A DNA stretch of 64,000 nucleotides from Candidatus Hydrogenedentota bacterium (GTDB lineage: Bacteria; Hydrogenedentota; Hydrogenedentia; Hydrogenedentales; SLHB01). This document shows positions 1 through 10,558 of this stretch, piece by piece; position 1 is the first letter of the stretch, and the number at the start of each line of letters is the position of its first letter. A program made the translations under genes and the position numbers. The notes beneath the pieces are model-generated. The model was not told the DNA's origin. It was given only the letters and a program-made list of their open reading frames with translations, and searched no databases. Where the stretch lies: the NCBI GenBank assembly GCA_963745075.1, contig CAVUWV010000036.1, positions 256,001 through 320,000 on the forward strand. The letters are read 5' to 3'.

Positions 1-2
1 AT

Positions 3-1310
3 CGCGCGCCCCGTATGCCCGCTATCCTGCTCACGCCATCGGCGGTCATCGGGGACCAAGACTTGGTCCCGTACAAGAAGGCCATCGAAGCCGGCGCGAC
101 CGTCATTCACGTCGGCAACACACTCGTGCCGACGCTGGATCCCAACAACGTCCCCGCGAGCCTTTCTTCGGTCGTCATGCGCGACATCCTCCGGCAACGT
201 CTTGGGTTCGAAGGTGTCATCATCGCCGGACCCATGGACACCAACGACATCGCCGTCAAGTACGATCCCACCAAGGCCGCGATCCTGGCGCTGGCGGCCG
301 GCGCCGACATGATCTACTGGAACGAAGCGGGCCATCGCGTCATGAAGACGGTCGACGAAGTCGTCAAAGCCATTGGAACCGGCGAACTGAGTCAGGAAGT
401 CGTCGACTCGGCGCTCGCCCGCGTCATGGCCGTCAAGGAGCGGTTTGCGCTGCGCAAACGCGAATTGCCCAATCTGAAGGAGGCCACCGCCCTCGCCAAG
501 GACAAGGACTTTCCGGAGGCGTCCTACGACATCGAGCGCCGCTCCATTACGCTCGTTCAAAATCGCGGCAACGTGCTGCCTCTGAACAAGAAGGAATCCG
601 TGCCCGTGGGTGTGACCGGCGTGGCGGGCGTCGACACCCTGGCCGACGCGTTGGAGGAGTACGTCAAGCCCGTCTCGCGGCAGCCCATCAGCACCGCCAA
701 GTACGGCGGCGAAATCTATGACTTCGAAATCGACCGGCTCACGTCGCACATCCGCGGGATCAAAACGGTCGTCGTCATCGTGACGCCGGACATCCGGATT
801 AGCAGCCAGTTGGCCCTCGTGTCGGCACTGCAAAGCAAAGGAATTCGCGTGGTCGTCGTCCTCGTCGGGTATCCCGATATCCTGCCGGAGCTGGCGGACG
901 CCAACGCCATCGTGCTTTCGTACAGCCGGCCTACCGCCATCGAAGAAAGCATGCGCGCCGTGGCCGACGTGCTCGTTGGCCAGGGACCCCTCGGCCTGAT
1001 GCCGGTTGTCCGCGACATTCACGCCAAGGCGGGCGAGCCGGTATCGTTCAGCGTGCTGGACGTGCTGCGGTCACCGTCCGGCGTGTTGCCGGTCACCATC
1101 GAACCGCCGTACGTGGCCGGACTGGCCGTGCCCTATGACCCCACGTTCTCCCTGAAGAAAGTCGAGTGGGACTTCGGGGACGGCAAGCACTCCAAGGAGT
1201 TCTTTCTGCAACGAGCCTACAAGGAACCCGGCCGGTATCCCATCACGCTGACGGTGACGGATAAGAAAAAGCAAACCACTTCGCGCACCTTATACGCCGT
1301 CGTGGAGTAA
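3..1310 (+). CDS. GH3 (beta-N-acetylhexosaminidase-like) protein with C-terminal PKD domain, 5'-partial
   Basis: Frame open from window start; LRQRLGFEGVII, ALAAGADM, RRSITLVQNRGNVLPL (GH3 N/C); WDFGDG...YKEPGRYPITLTVTD (PKD). Confidence 0.8.
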   Translation, partial: RAPRMPAILLTPSAVIGDQDLVPYKKAIEAGATVIHVGNTLVPTLDPNNVPASLSSVVMRDILRQRLGFEGVIIAGPMDTNDIAVKYDPTKAAILALAAGADMIYWNEAGHRVMKTVDEVVKAIGTGELSQEVVDSALARVMAVKERFALRKRELPNLKEATALAKDKDFPEASYDIERRSITLVQNRGNVLPLNKKESVPVGVTGVAGVDTLADALEEYVKPVSRQPISTAKYGGEIYDFEIDRLTSHIRGIKTVVVIVTPDIRISSQLALVSALQSKGIRVVVVLVGYPDILPELADANAIVLSYSRPTAIEESMRAVADVLVGQGPLGLMPVVRDIHAKAGEPVSFSVLDVLRSPSGVLPVTIEPPYVAGLAVPYDPTFSLKKVEWDFGDGKHSKEFFLQRAYKEPGRYPITLTVTDKKKQTTSRTLYAVVE

Positions 1311-1326
1311 TGAAGGGGGAGTCTCT

Positions 1327-4300
1327 GTGTTTAAGGTTTGTTCCAGGCACCTGCGTGCCTTTTTAGTTCACTTTGCTACGGCTATGGGCACGTTAACGGC
1401 AGCACGTTTTTATCACAAGAACATCCCCCTTGATCCCCCTTCAAAGGGGGAGTCTCGCAAGCCGAAGGCTTATTTGTCGTCGCTTAATCTTCTGTTCTCC
1501 CACTGCGCCGCGAAGCGTGCGCACCAAATTCCCCCTTTGAAGGGGGCAGACCCGACGGGTCGAGGGGGATGTTATGTCGCTGAATCGACCCTTGTTCGCG
1601 TTGGTGCGTACCTGATTGTTTCAACAATCGGAATTGGACTATTTGCGGCAATTGCCTCCGCCAATCAGCCGACGCTCGAGTGGAGCTACAACGCCCAGTC
1701 CAACCTCTATCCGTCGCCGCTGGTTGCCGACGTCCATCCAACGCCCGGACTCGAAACGATCGTCAGTGACAGCGAGGTGCGCACGCTACGCTGCATCGAT
1801 TCCCAGGGAAATCCCCTCTGGGAGTACAAGGGCGGCTGGACGCGCCGTCTCACCTCCGGCGCTTCGCTGAGCTTTTCGGCTCGTGCTGGAAAAGGAACGC
1901 TGCTGATCGGTAACGCCGACGGCAAACTCTGCGCGGTCGATGCGGAAACCGGTCAGGAATTGTGGACGCAAACGACCGGCCCCATCGAATGGGGCGCGGC
2001 GATCTGGGCCGACCTGGACGGCGACGGCGCAGATGAGGCGATTGCCGGCACCGAAAGCGCGGGGGTCGTCGCGTTGAATGCGAACGGCGACGTGCGTTGG
2101 ACCCTCGCCAAAGCCGATGACCTGAATTTGCACGTGCAAGGCCCAATCGGCGCGGCCGATTTCGACAGCGATGGCAAGGCGGAAATCTTTGTTGTCGATT
2201 ATACCGGTCCGCTGTGTATCAATCCGGACGGCACGGTTCGATGGCGGCGACGAACCGGCGACCTGTTCCAAGGTGCGCCGGTGGTGACGACGTTGAGCGA
2301 AGACGGCAAACCGGTGCTGCTCGCCGTGTCCAGCGCCAACAATTTCCTTCATTGCTTCGACGCCGCCGACGGAACCCCTTTGTGGAAATGCGGTCTCATC
2401 GGCGCGTCAGATGTGTACCCGGGCGCCTCGCTCGCCGTGGGTGACCTGGATGGCGACGGCAGCCCCGAAATCGTCGTGCCCGACAACGAAGGCCACGTCC
2501 ACTGCATCACCGCCGACGGCGCATTGGCCTGGATCTTCACGACGGATAAGGCAACGCACGGCGCGGTTTCGCTCGGTGACGTGGACGGCGACGGCTCCAT
2601 CGAAATCCTGATCGCGAGCGGCGATCACAACCTCTATTGCGTCGATGCCAACGGACGTCTCGAATGGCGATACGCCGCGAACCTGCGGCTCATCCATCCC
2701 GCGACCATCGCCGATATGGACGGCGACAACAAGACCGACATCCTCGTCTGCGGCAGCGACCGCACGCTCCGCTGCCTTACCCTCGGCGGCCGCTACGATC
2801 CTGCACTGATTCCCTGGCCGGCCAATCGCGTTGACGTTGCCCTTTCCGGTTCGACCCTTGGCCGCAACGCGACCGCGTCGCGAACGGTCAACGAATCCCT
2901 CGAACTCGTCAAGAACGGCGATTTCAACGATCCCGACACGGTCGCGGAGCCGGAAGCGTATCCCGCAAATTCGTCGCTCCCCGAAGAGGCAAAACGCTTG
3001 CCGCGCGACTGGCATGTGGAAACCGTGAACGGCGCCACGCTCCGGTGGGCCGAGAACGGCGGGCGAGACAACAGCGCCTGTGCCGTCGTGAATCCGGCCC
3101 CGGCGGAAACGCGTTTCGCTACGGATCCCGTGCAGCTCGAACGCGGCGTTCGTTCGGTCACCGCGAACGTCTACGCAAAAGCAAACGCTACGAACGGAAT
3201 CACTGCCACCCTTCGATGGATTGGGCGGGAAGGTGTTATGCGCGCCGACACGCTGCAGGACGTGGGCGCCAACGACGGATGGTTGCGGCTGTCCGCGCAA
3301 GACGCAATCCCACCCCGCGAGGCCGAATGGGTTCAATTCGTTTGCTATTCGCCGTCCGCGGAATCCCCTGTGATGTGGGACGACGCATCCCTTGCCGCGC
3401 AGACAGAACAGCGGCCGTTGATAAAGACCGCCGTGAATCAAGTGGGCTACGAGGTGGGCGCGCCCAAACGGTTTACGGCGTGGAGCAACTTCGCTCCCGA
3501 TTCGAATCCCGCCTTCTCGGTTGTCGATGATTCCGGAGCCGTTGTCTACGAAGGAACCTTGACCGCGTGCGGCCGCATCACCGGCGCGTACGGCCACGAC
3601 TGGGGCTTCGACTACTGGCGTGGCGACTTCTCCGAGTTCGACGCGCCCGGAAAGTACCGAATCCGCGTGACCATGGACAGCGAGACCGGCGAGTCCTGGC
3701 CCTTTGCAATCGGCAAAGACGTGCTCTGGAATCAGACCGCGGAGCCCGCGTATCGCTTCTTCTACTACCAGCGGTGCGGCATGGCGATTCCGGGATTTCA
3801 CGGCGCGTGCCATCTCGACGACGCGGTCAGTCCGGACGGCAAACGGCAATACAGCCTCAGCGGCGGCTGGCACGACGCGGGCGACTACAACACCTACAAC
3901 AACGCGCCCTACGTGTACGGACTCGTATCCGCCTACGAAGAGCAGCAACCGGATTTCGACACCATCGACCGGGATGGCAACGGCCGCAGCGATTTTCTCG
4001 ACGAAATCCTCTGGGGCGGCGATTTGATGCGCCGCATGGTCGCGCCCGACGGATCGTCGCGGGGCGACATCACCTCGGGCTACGGGTTCTGGGGGCCGCC
4101 CGAACTCGAAACGGACAACATCCCCAACACCGGCGACGAACGGCGCATTCGCGGCAAGGTTTCCGGTAACGACCCCGCCAACCATATGGCCGCGGCGGCA
4201 GCGATTGCGCGCCTCCTCGAACCGGGAAACCTCTATCTCGAGGCCGCGCAACGCGCATTCGACTTTCGTTCGCAACAAGGCAAACGCGACGCTTATCAAC

Positions 4301-4983
4301 TGAGCGCTGCCCTCGATCTCTACGCCCTAACCAAAGACGACACGTATCTGCGGGCGGCCCGTGAGTTGCTTCCCGCCGCCGGTTTTGATCGCGCGCAAGT
4401 CATCGAACAGTATGACGCCGTTACCGGTGAAAATCACGCGGATCAAATCCGGGACGCATTGGTCGCCCGCGCGAACGGGATCCTGCAACTCGCCGGCAAC
4501 CCCTTCGGCGTGTACGAATACGGATCGCCGGACCACGCCACGTTTTTCGGGACCCCGCCCGACAACGGCGGCTGGCACGTGGGCAACAGCAGCCACGTCC
4601 TTGAAGCCGCCCACATCGTCGCCGAAGCATACCGCTACACCGCAGACCCGCGATACGCGGCCTTCGTCTACGACCAGTTCAATTGGATCCTGGGCAACAA
4701 CCCTTACGACCTCTGCCTCATGGAAGGTATCGGGAGTGTAAACCCACCGTCTTACCATCATCGCTACGCCATGGCCGGCGTGCCGCGCGGCGCGGTCCCG
4801 GGAAGTGTTGTGAACGGCATTACCTGGAAAACCGTCGGCGACGACCGTCCCTATTTCGACATGCGCGGCCTGGACATCCCCGACTTCGAATCCAATGAGG
4901 TCTGGCTCCCTCACAACACGAATTACCTGAAAGCCCTCGTGAGCCTCCACCGCGCACAGACCAAGTACAACGCGCCACACTAG
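1327..4983 (+). CDS. Secreted modular protein: FG-GAP/PQQ-like beta-propeller + CBM-like domain + Ig-like domain + GH9 catalytic domain (start uncertain)
   Basis: Repeated DLDGDG motifs; NQVGY; GGWHDAGDY; HHR; FESNEV; signal-like LIVSTIGIGLFAAIASA. Confidence 0.85.
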   Translation: MFKVCSRHLRAFLVHFATAMGTLTAARFYHKNIPLDPPSKGESRKPKAYLSSLNLLFSHCAAKRAHQIPPLKGADPTGRGGCYVAESTLVRVGAYLIVSTIGIGLFAAIASANQPTLEWSYNAQSNLYPSPLVADVHPTPGLETIVSDSEVRTLRCIDSQGNPLWEYKGGWTRRLTSGASLSFSARAGKGTLLIGNADGKLCAVDAETGQELWTQTTGPIEWGAAIWADLDGDGADEAIAGTESAGVVALNANGDVRWTLAKADDLNLHVQGPIGAADFDSDGKAEIFVVDYTGPLCINPDGTVRWRRRTGDLFQGAPVVTTLSEDGKPVLLAVSSANNFLHCFDAADGTPLWKCGLIGASDVYPGASLAVGDLDGDGSPEIVVPDNEGHVHCITADGALAWIFTTDKATHGAVSLGDVDGDGSIEILIASGDHNLYCVDANGRLEWRYAANLRLIHPATIADMDGDNKTDILVCGSDRTLRCLTLGGRYDPALIPWPANRVDVALSGSTLGRNATASRTVNESLELVKNGDFNDPDTVAEPEAYPANSSLPEEAKRLPRDWHVETVNGATLRWAENGGRDNSACAVVNPAPAETRFATDPVQLERGVRSVTANVYAKANATNGITATLRWIGREGVMRADTLQDVGANDGWLRLSAQDAIPPREAEWVQFVCYSPSAESPVMWDDASLAAQTEQRPLIKTAVNQVGYEVGAPKRFTAWSNFAPDSNPAFSVVDDSGAVVYEGTLTACGRITGAYGHDWGFDYWRGDFSEFDAPGKYRIRVTMDSETGESWPFAIGKDVLWNQTAEPAYRFFYYQRCGMAIPGFHGACHLDDAVSPDGKRQYSLSGGWHDAGDYNTYNNAPYVYGLVSAYEEQQPDFDTIDRDGNGRSDFLDEILWGGDLMRRMVAPDGSSRGDITSGYGFWGPPELETDNIPNTGDERRIRGKVSGNDPANHMAAAAAIARLLEPGNLYLEAAQRAFDFRSQQGKRDAYQLSAALDLYALTKDDTYLRAARELLPAAGFDRAQVIEQYDAVTGENHADQIRDALVARANGILQLAGNPFGVYEYGSPDHATFFGTPPDNGGWHVGNSSHVLEAAHIVAEAYRYTADPRYAAFVYDQFNWILGNNPYDLCLMEGIGSVNPPSYHHRYAMAGVPRGAVPGSVVNGITWKTVGDDRPYFDMRGLDIPDFESNEVWLPHNTNYLKALVSLHRAQTKYNAPH
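1417..1573. repeat. REP family A inverted pair, copy 1
   Basis: AAGAACATCCCCCTTGATCCCCCTTCAAAGGGGGA at 1417-1451; inverted arm 1529-1573 with an extra GACCC-GAC-GGGTC hairpin. Confidence 0.9.
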
Positions 4984-5017
4984 AAGGTACACCTGCGGTC
5001 ATGCCGATTCCTGAGAT

Positions 5018-5178
5018 AACATCCCCCTTGATCCCCCTTCAAAGGGGGAATTTTGCACAACTACTGCCTCTGGTATATGTGATGCGCACCGCTCCGACTC
5101 TAAGCCGTTGCTAACCCCCACGCAACGCAAAGCGTTGCGAATTTCCCCCTTTGAAGGGGGATCAAGGGGGATGTTCTT
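5018..5178. repeat. REP family A inverted pair, copy 2
   Basis: Arms 5018-5052 and 5141-5178 are near-perfect reverse complements. Confidence 0.95.
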
Positions 5179-5245
5179 CCGGGCAAGGCATGGTTCCGAA
5201 AATGTATCCGTAATTGCAGGGACTTGTACTCAGCAAAGAGGGCTC

Positions 5246-6127
5246 ATGATGACTTCTTCGGAGAGCAACATACTCCACGCGGATGCCAAACGGCCCTTTC
5301 GCGTGCTTCAACTGACGGACTTGCACGACGATGTCAGCGACGCCTTGACCGAACAAACCTACGCGGACATCCGTCGACTGCTGAAGACGTGGTCGCCCGA
5401 TTTCCTCGCGGTGACGGGCGACATCTGGTGCGGCGACGACAAACCGGACCGCGGTCCGAATTTGATGAAGCGCGACCTCGAATTCCTGAGTTCGCTGAAG
5501 ACGCCATGGGCCTTCACCTGGGGCAATCACGATTACAAATCCGATCTCGAAACCGACACCGCCCGAATTGCCTCCACGCCATACGCCTGCATGGAGTTCG
5601 GCGACGGCCGTGGCAACTGCCGGGTCGAAATCCGTCACGACGGCGGACCCGCGTGGGACATCTACTTCCTGAATTCACACGGCGAATGCCTGTGGCCGGA
5701 CGACCTCGATTGGCTCGAGTCTGAAGCGGTACGCATTCGCGAGGATCGCGGCACTGCCGTTCCCGCGATCGCGTTTTTTCACATCCCGCTGCAACAGTAC
5801 GAAACAGCCCGGCTTTCGGGGAAGGTGTGCGGTATCGCGCTCGAGGACGCCCTCTCCTGGGGAAACAGCGCCGACCGCTTCGACCCCATCCGGCGTGTGG
5901 GCGCCATCCGCGCCTGCTTCGTCGGGCACAGTCACGTGAACGATTTCCACTTCGAAAAGGACGGCATCGTGCTCGCCTACGGCCGCGCAACCGGGCACGG
6001 GGGATACGGGGCCGACCGATTGCGGAAGGGTGCGAAACTCATCGAACTCAATCTGGACTCCGATGGGTTTACGTTTCAGACCGTCTTTCCCGATGGTTCC
6101 ACGTGGAATCCCAACGACATAATGTGA
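5246..6127 (+). CDS. Calcineurin-like metallophosphoesterase (Dcr2/PAP-like)
   Basis: DLH, TGD, GNHD, FFHIP, GHSH, YGRATGHGGYG motifs; start moved downstream of the repeat to ATG 5246. Confidence 0.9.
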   Translation: MMTSSESNILHADAKRPFRVLQLTDLHDDVSDALTEQTYADIRRLLKTWSPDFLAVTGDIWCGDDKPDRGPNLMKRDLEFLSSLKTPWAFTWGNHDYKSDLETDTARIASTPYACMEFGDGRGNCRVEIRHDGGPAWDIYFLNSHGECLWPDDLDWLESEAVRIREDRGTAVPAIAFFHIPLQQYETARLSGKVCGIALEDALSWGNSADRFDPIRRVGAIRACFVGHSHVNDFHFEKDGIVLAYGRATGHGGYGADRLRKGAKLIELNLDSDGFTFQTVFPDGSTWNPNDIM

Positions 6128-6202
6128 TCCACAGAGTTACGCGACACTTACGGTCGAGGTGGGATGGAGGTGAAAGACGATCCGCGGCGCAGTTTGTGGC
6201 CC

Positions 6203-6269
6203 GTTTCGGTCAGTAGAATTTGGGCGATTCATGCTTGTTTCGGATTTCGTGCTTCAGATTTCGTATTTG
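6203..6269 (+). repeat. REP-like family B (TTGTTTCGGATTTCGTGCTTC.GATTTCG)
   Basis: Homologous to the reverse complement of 32355-32421; lies between convergent genes. Confidence 0.8.
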
Positions 6270-6290
6270 AATGGTGGGTTCCACCCTGCT

Positions 6291-7975
6291 CTATGGCTTG
6301 GCAGGTTCCGCATTTTGCTCCGCAGGTTGAACCGGCTCGACGGATAGTTTCACGTCGTCCTCGTCGCTTTGCATCCAGCTCTTGCCGATGGCCCGTTCGA
6401 GGGTCGCGTTGGCCACCGCCATATCCCGCAGACCTTGGACCAAGCCCCGTTTCGCGGTGGTTAACGCCAGTTCGGCGTCCAGGGTTTCGGACTGTTTGCC
6501 GACGCCCTCCTGGAACCGCAGTTCGGCCAATCGCAACCCTTCTTCGGCCAGTTTCGTGTTGCCCTTTTCGCTGGCGATTCGGGCCATCGCGTCGCGGATC
6601 TGGATGATCGAGCGCGTGATATCCAGTTCCACGAGCGCTTCCAAATCGCGAAGCTGCCCGTCAAGACTGTCTAATCGCGCCTTGGCCTCGACCTTCTCGT
6701 GTTTGCGCTTTCCGCCCGCGTAAATGTCCCACTGGCCGGCGACGCTGAAGGTCCAGCCATCCGGCTGCGTGTAGCCGCCGTTGTCGACGTTTTGCCATTG
6801 GATATTGGCGCCCGCCGATGGCATGTACTGGCCGCGCACGCGATCCAAGTCCGCCTTCGCCGCTTCGATGCCTTTCTTCAACGACTGGATCTCCGGGCGG
6901 TGGTCGTTGGCGTACGCAATCAGTTCGTTCTTGTCCGGCGTATAGGGCAGAAAATCCAACTTGGGTTCGAGATGCAACACCGTATCCTGCGGCACCGCGA
7001 TAATGCGGCGAAGATTCGCCTGGGAGAGGCGTTGCGCGTTGCGCGCGCTGACCAGGCTGGCCTCCCGGTTGCCCAACTCAGTCTTGGAACGCAGCACTTC
7101 GAAATTGCTGACCATCCCGACGTCCAGCATCTGCTGCGCGTCGGACAGATTTCGTTCGAATGACTTCACGCTCGCTTCCGCCACGCTCACCAGCGCCTCG
7201 GTCGCCGCCGCGTCATAAAACGCCTGCTTCGCCTGGTATTCCAGTTCCGCCAGCGTCGCGGTTTGTTTCCATTCCTGGGACTCGGCCAGGTACTTGGACG
7301 CGTCGATGGCCGCGCGAATCTGGCCGCCCGCGTACAGCACCTGGTTCAACTCCACCTTATCCGTGCGGAAATCGTCTTCCATCTCGAGACCGAGACTTTC
7401 CCGATCCCTCCCCCGAGACCGCCGCCCGAGCCACCGCCGGGAATCAAACGACTGAGTAACCCGCCGCCTAAGAGACCGCTTCCGCCGAGACCGCCTCCAA
7501 GACCGCCACCGCCGCCACCAATGCCCCCAAGCTGGGACGAAATATCGCGGGTGTTAAACTCCGTGTGCGTGAAGGTCATGGACCCTTTCACCTGCGGTTT
7601 CATCTGGGAGCGCGCCTGGCCCACTTTCGCCTGCGCCGCCTCGAGATCGCTCTGGGCCACCGCCACCTGGGCGTTTCCGGAAAGAGCGAGTTCCACGCTG
7701 CGGCGCGCCGTTAATACCATCTGTTGCCCGCCCTGCGCTTCCTCGCTTTTGGTTTGCGTCGCCAGGTATTTCTCCACCGCATCAAACGCATCCAACAGAC
7801 TATCCGACCCCTCCAACAAAGGGCTGGACGCCATATCGCCGGTGTCGGTCTGTCCGGCGGCGCGGGGCTCGGAATTCTGGGTGGCTGCCGGCGCCGGCGC
7901 GTCTCCCTTACCGGAATCCTGGGCAAATACGGCAAACGGCGCCAGCAATGCCAGCGCGGGAATGATCCACTTCAT
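6291..7975 (-). CDS. TolC-family outer membrane efflux protein, frameshift at ~7395
   Basis: Signal peptide MKWIIPALALL; two OEP repeats split over ORFs 7346-8005 and 6291-7382; one added base gives ...GESLGLEMEDDF. Confidence 0.85.
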
Positions 7976-8166
7976 AAGTACCCCACTTTGCGGTTGTTCA
8001 GTCAAACGCCCCTAATGATACGCCAGCAGTCAAAATCGTTCAACGATTGGCCAGCCTTGTCGATTGCGGACTGCGGATTTCCTCTCCGGCTGGTGCCTTA
8101 TGCCGAAAATTTGATAAAGTGTTCGCTCATAACTTCGTTCCGGGACCAACCGCGAGGAGACCAACC

Positions 8167-9495
8167 GTGAAGTCCGTAACCCATCTATCCGCCGTGCGCC
8201 CCCTGGCTGCGCTTATCGTGATGACGGCTCCCGTCTGGGCTGCCGGACAGTACGACATGCGCGTGGATCACGGCCTCGTGAAACGGGGCTCGAGCGAATT
8301 CACCATCCGTTCGATCTACGTGCCCGACCTGGCCAAACCCGGCACCTCGCTGGCCGACGCCACCCAAGACATGAACCGGATCGCCGACGTCGGCGCGCAA
8401 GTGCCGTGCTTCGATTTGTACGGCCTCAGCGAGTCCGGACGCGACCTCGCGCAAGACGCCATCGACGCCATGCGCCAAATACGTGAGATCGGGTACGACC
8501 GCTCCATGCTCGGTATGGTCCGCGTCTTCGGCCCCTACGCCCCTACCGATCCCAAGGCCCGGCTTCGCGCAGCCCGGACTGTCGCCCGAAGGCTCGGCGA
8601 CGAACGGCAGTTCGTATACCTCCTCGAAGGACCGGACGCCGGCAAGCTCGCCCGCGAGATCAAGCGGCATGCCCCCGGTCTGTTACTCGCTTCGCCGGAG
8701 GGCGGCGACATCCAGGTCGTTCTCAAACCCGCCACGAAGTCCGACAAACCCACGTTGTTACTCGGCGCGCTTCCGCCGTCCCTGGACGAGCAGGCCCACT
8801 TCGTAATGCCGCAATACGATGAGAGCTACCAACTCCTGGACTTGGCCTCGGCGCTGCCCATCGAAGCCCACTCCTGGACCCCGAACAATTCAAGCCTCAC
8901 ACCGCAGGAAAAAGCCGACGGCTGGATCGCGATCTTCGATGGAAAGACCTTCAACGGCTGGACCATTTTGGGCGGAAATCAACAGGCGTGGACCATTACG
9001 AATGGCGTCCTCGAACGCGTCGAGAGCGGCTCAAACGGATTACGCACCATCGACCGCTACGGCAACTTTGTATTGCGCTGGGAGTGGTCCTTGCCCAAAG
9101 GCGGAAACAACGGCGTGCATATAAGTGCGCCCCGGGCCGCCCGCGAATCCCGCGTCGGCATGGAGTATCAGATGCTCGGCGACTACGGCAAACCGCCCGA
9201 CAAAAACAGCACCGGCTCCGTGTATGACGTCGTCCCGCCCACGGTCAACGCGGTCAAACCGGACGGCGAGTGGAATTCGTCCGAGATCACGTTCAACAGC
9301 CCGCATCTCAAATACGTGCTGAACGGCGTCACCGTTCAGGACTTGAACATGAACGACAACGACGCATTGAAGGTTCGCCTGCGCCACGGATTCATAGTGC
9401 TCACCGAACACAACGACACGGTGATGTACCGGAACATCCGGCTGAAACCGTTACCCACTCCCAACGAGCAGATGGCTATCCCGGCGCAATGGTGA
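8167..9495 (+). CDS. Secreted protein with C-terminal DUF1080 (3-keto-disaccharide hydrolase-like) domain
   Basis: LTPQEKADGWIAIFDGKTFNGW, GNNGV, MEYQML, STGSVYD, YRNIRLK; GAGGAG before GTG 8167. Confidence 0.85.
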   Translation: MKSVTHLSAVRPLAALIVMTAPVWAAGQYDMRVDHGLVKRGSSEFTIRSIYVPDLAKPGTSLADATQDMNRIADVGAQVPCFDLYGLSESGRDLAQDAIDAMRQIREIGYDRSMLGMVRVFGPYAPTDPKARLRAARTVARRLGDERQFVYLLEGPDAGKLAREIKRHAPGLLLASPEGGDIQVVLKPATKSDKPTLLLGALPPSLDEQAHFVMPQYDESYQLLDLASALPIEAHSWTPNNSSLTPQEKADGWIAIFDGKTFNGWTILGGNQQAWTITNGVLERVESGSNGLRTIDRYGNFVLRWEWSLPKGGNNGVHISAPRAARESRVGMEYQMLGDYGKPPDKNSTGSVYDVVPPTVNAVKPDGEWNSSEITFNSPHLKYVLNGVTVQDLNMNDNDALKVRLRHGFIVLTEHNDTVMYRNIRLKPLPTPNEQMAIPAQW

Positions 9496-9508
9496 AAGGA
9501 GGCCTGAT

Positions 9509-10459
9509 ATGCGGTTCGTGTTGGCTACGTTGGCGGTATGCGCCGCCGGTGGATTGACCTTCGCGCAGGACCCAAAACCGTCGAAGGACTTCGCCACTTT
9601 CCAGGTCTCGCAGTTGCAGTGCGTCATCGGTAACAACGCCGCCGACGGCGTGCATCGCGAGGGCTACAACGGCGTCTTTCGCATCACGTCGCCGAATGAA
9701 TCCATCTCACCCTACGTCCCGTTTTACGCGGGACTGAACCTGGAACACTACTTCGACGCGCGGCCCCGCAACCCGGACGCATCCATCTTCTTCGAACCGC
9801 GTCACGCGCCCATGGAATTCCGCAAGATCGACGATACCACCGCGGAACTGCATCAGCCTGCAACCGCATACTTCGGCGTCGAAAGCTGGACCACCTTCCA
9901 ACTCAATGATCCGTACTACATCGACTTGGCCTACCGCTGCATCCCTCGGAAGGATGCCTTCGAAGGCGGATTCATGGGCGTGTTCTGGGCGTCGTACATT
10001 AACGCCCCCATCAACAAGAGCATCTATTTTCTCCAGGGCGACTCGACGCTCGACAAACCCTTCTGGGCCCAGTTCTGCACCCAGAAACACGGGCACGACA
10101 GCGCGGTCCTTCGCCAGGGGGACGATACGGAATTAAACTACCCCGCGGAGTCCGACACCTTGTTCAATTCCATCTCGCCGCTGCGGTATTCCGTGCCCTT
10201 TTACTACGGCCGCGTGCGCGACATGGTGCTGATTTACGTGTTCAAACCGAACCCCTACCTGCGCTTCGCCCATTCACCCAGCGGCGGCGGCAAAACCGAA
10301 GCCGGGGACGACACCAATCCCGCCTGGGACTTTCATCTCGTGATCCCCGACTGGAAAGTCGGGGAGACGTACACACTCACCATGCGCGCCATCTACAAAC
10401 CCTGGGTCGATCGCGCGGATGTGTTGCGCGAGGTGGCGAAGTATCTGGAAAAATGGTGA
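9509..10459 (+). CDS. Secreted hypothetical protein
   Basis: AAGGAGG RBS, signal peptide, 316-aa ORF with genome-typical codon usage. Confidence 0.75.
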   Translation: MRFVLATLAVCAAGGLTFAQDPKPSKDFATFQVSQLQCVIGNNAADGVHREGYNGVFRITSPNESISPYVPFYAGLNLEHYFDARPRNPDASIFFEPRHAPMEFRKIDDTTAELHQPATAYFGVESWTTFQLNDPYYIDLAYRCIPRKDAFEGGFMGVFWASYINAPINKSIYFLQGDSTLDKPFWAQFCTQKHGHDSAVLRQGDDTELNYPAESDTLFNSISPLRYSVPFYYGRVRDMVLIYVFKPNPYLRFAHSPSGGGKTEAGDDTNPAWDFHLVIPDWKVGETYTLTMRAIYKPWVDRADVLREVAKYLEKW

Positions 10460-10467
10460 ATTGAAAT

Positions 10468-10558
10468 AAAAATGGGGACAGTAACCATTTATTCCTATCA
10501 CGCCATCTCGTCGTTTCACGTAATCATAGGTGAATAAATGGTTACTGTCCCCATTTTT
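10468..10558. repeat. REP family C inverted pair, copy 1
   Basis: Perfect 27-bp inverted repeat AAAAATGGGGACAGTAACCATTTATTC (10468-10494 / 10532-10558). Confidence 0.95.

Noticed and set aside
2407..4299. Long antisense ORFs (also 36088-37494, 38787-40373, 41532-42791)
   Set aside because: Shadow frames of high-GC genes, with no motifs
5108..5245. N-terminal extension of the phosphoesterase
   Set aside because: It translates the family A repeat arm; ATG 5246 with an upstream AGAGGG is more plausible
7263..8015. Pro-rich 250-aa plus-strand ORF
   Set aside because: Antisense of the Gly-rich tolC segment
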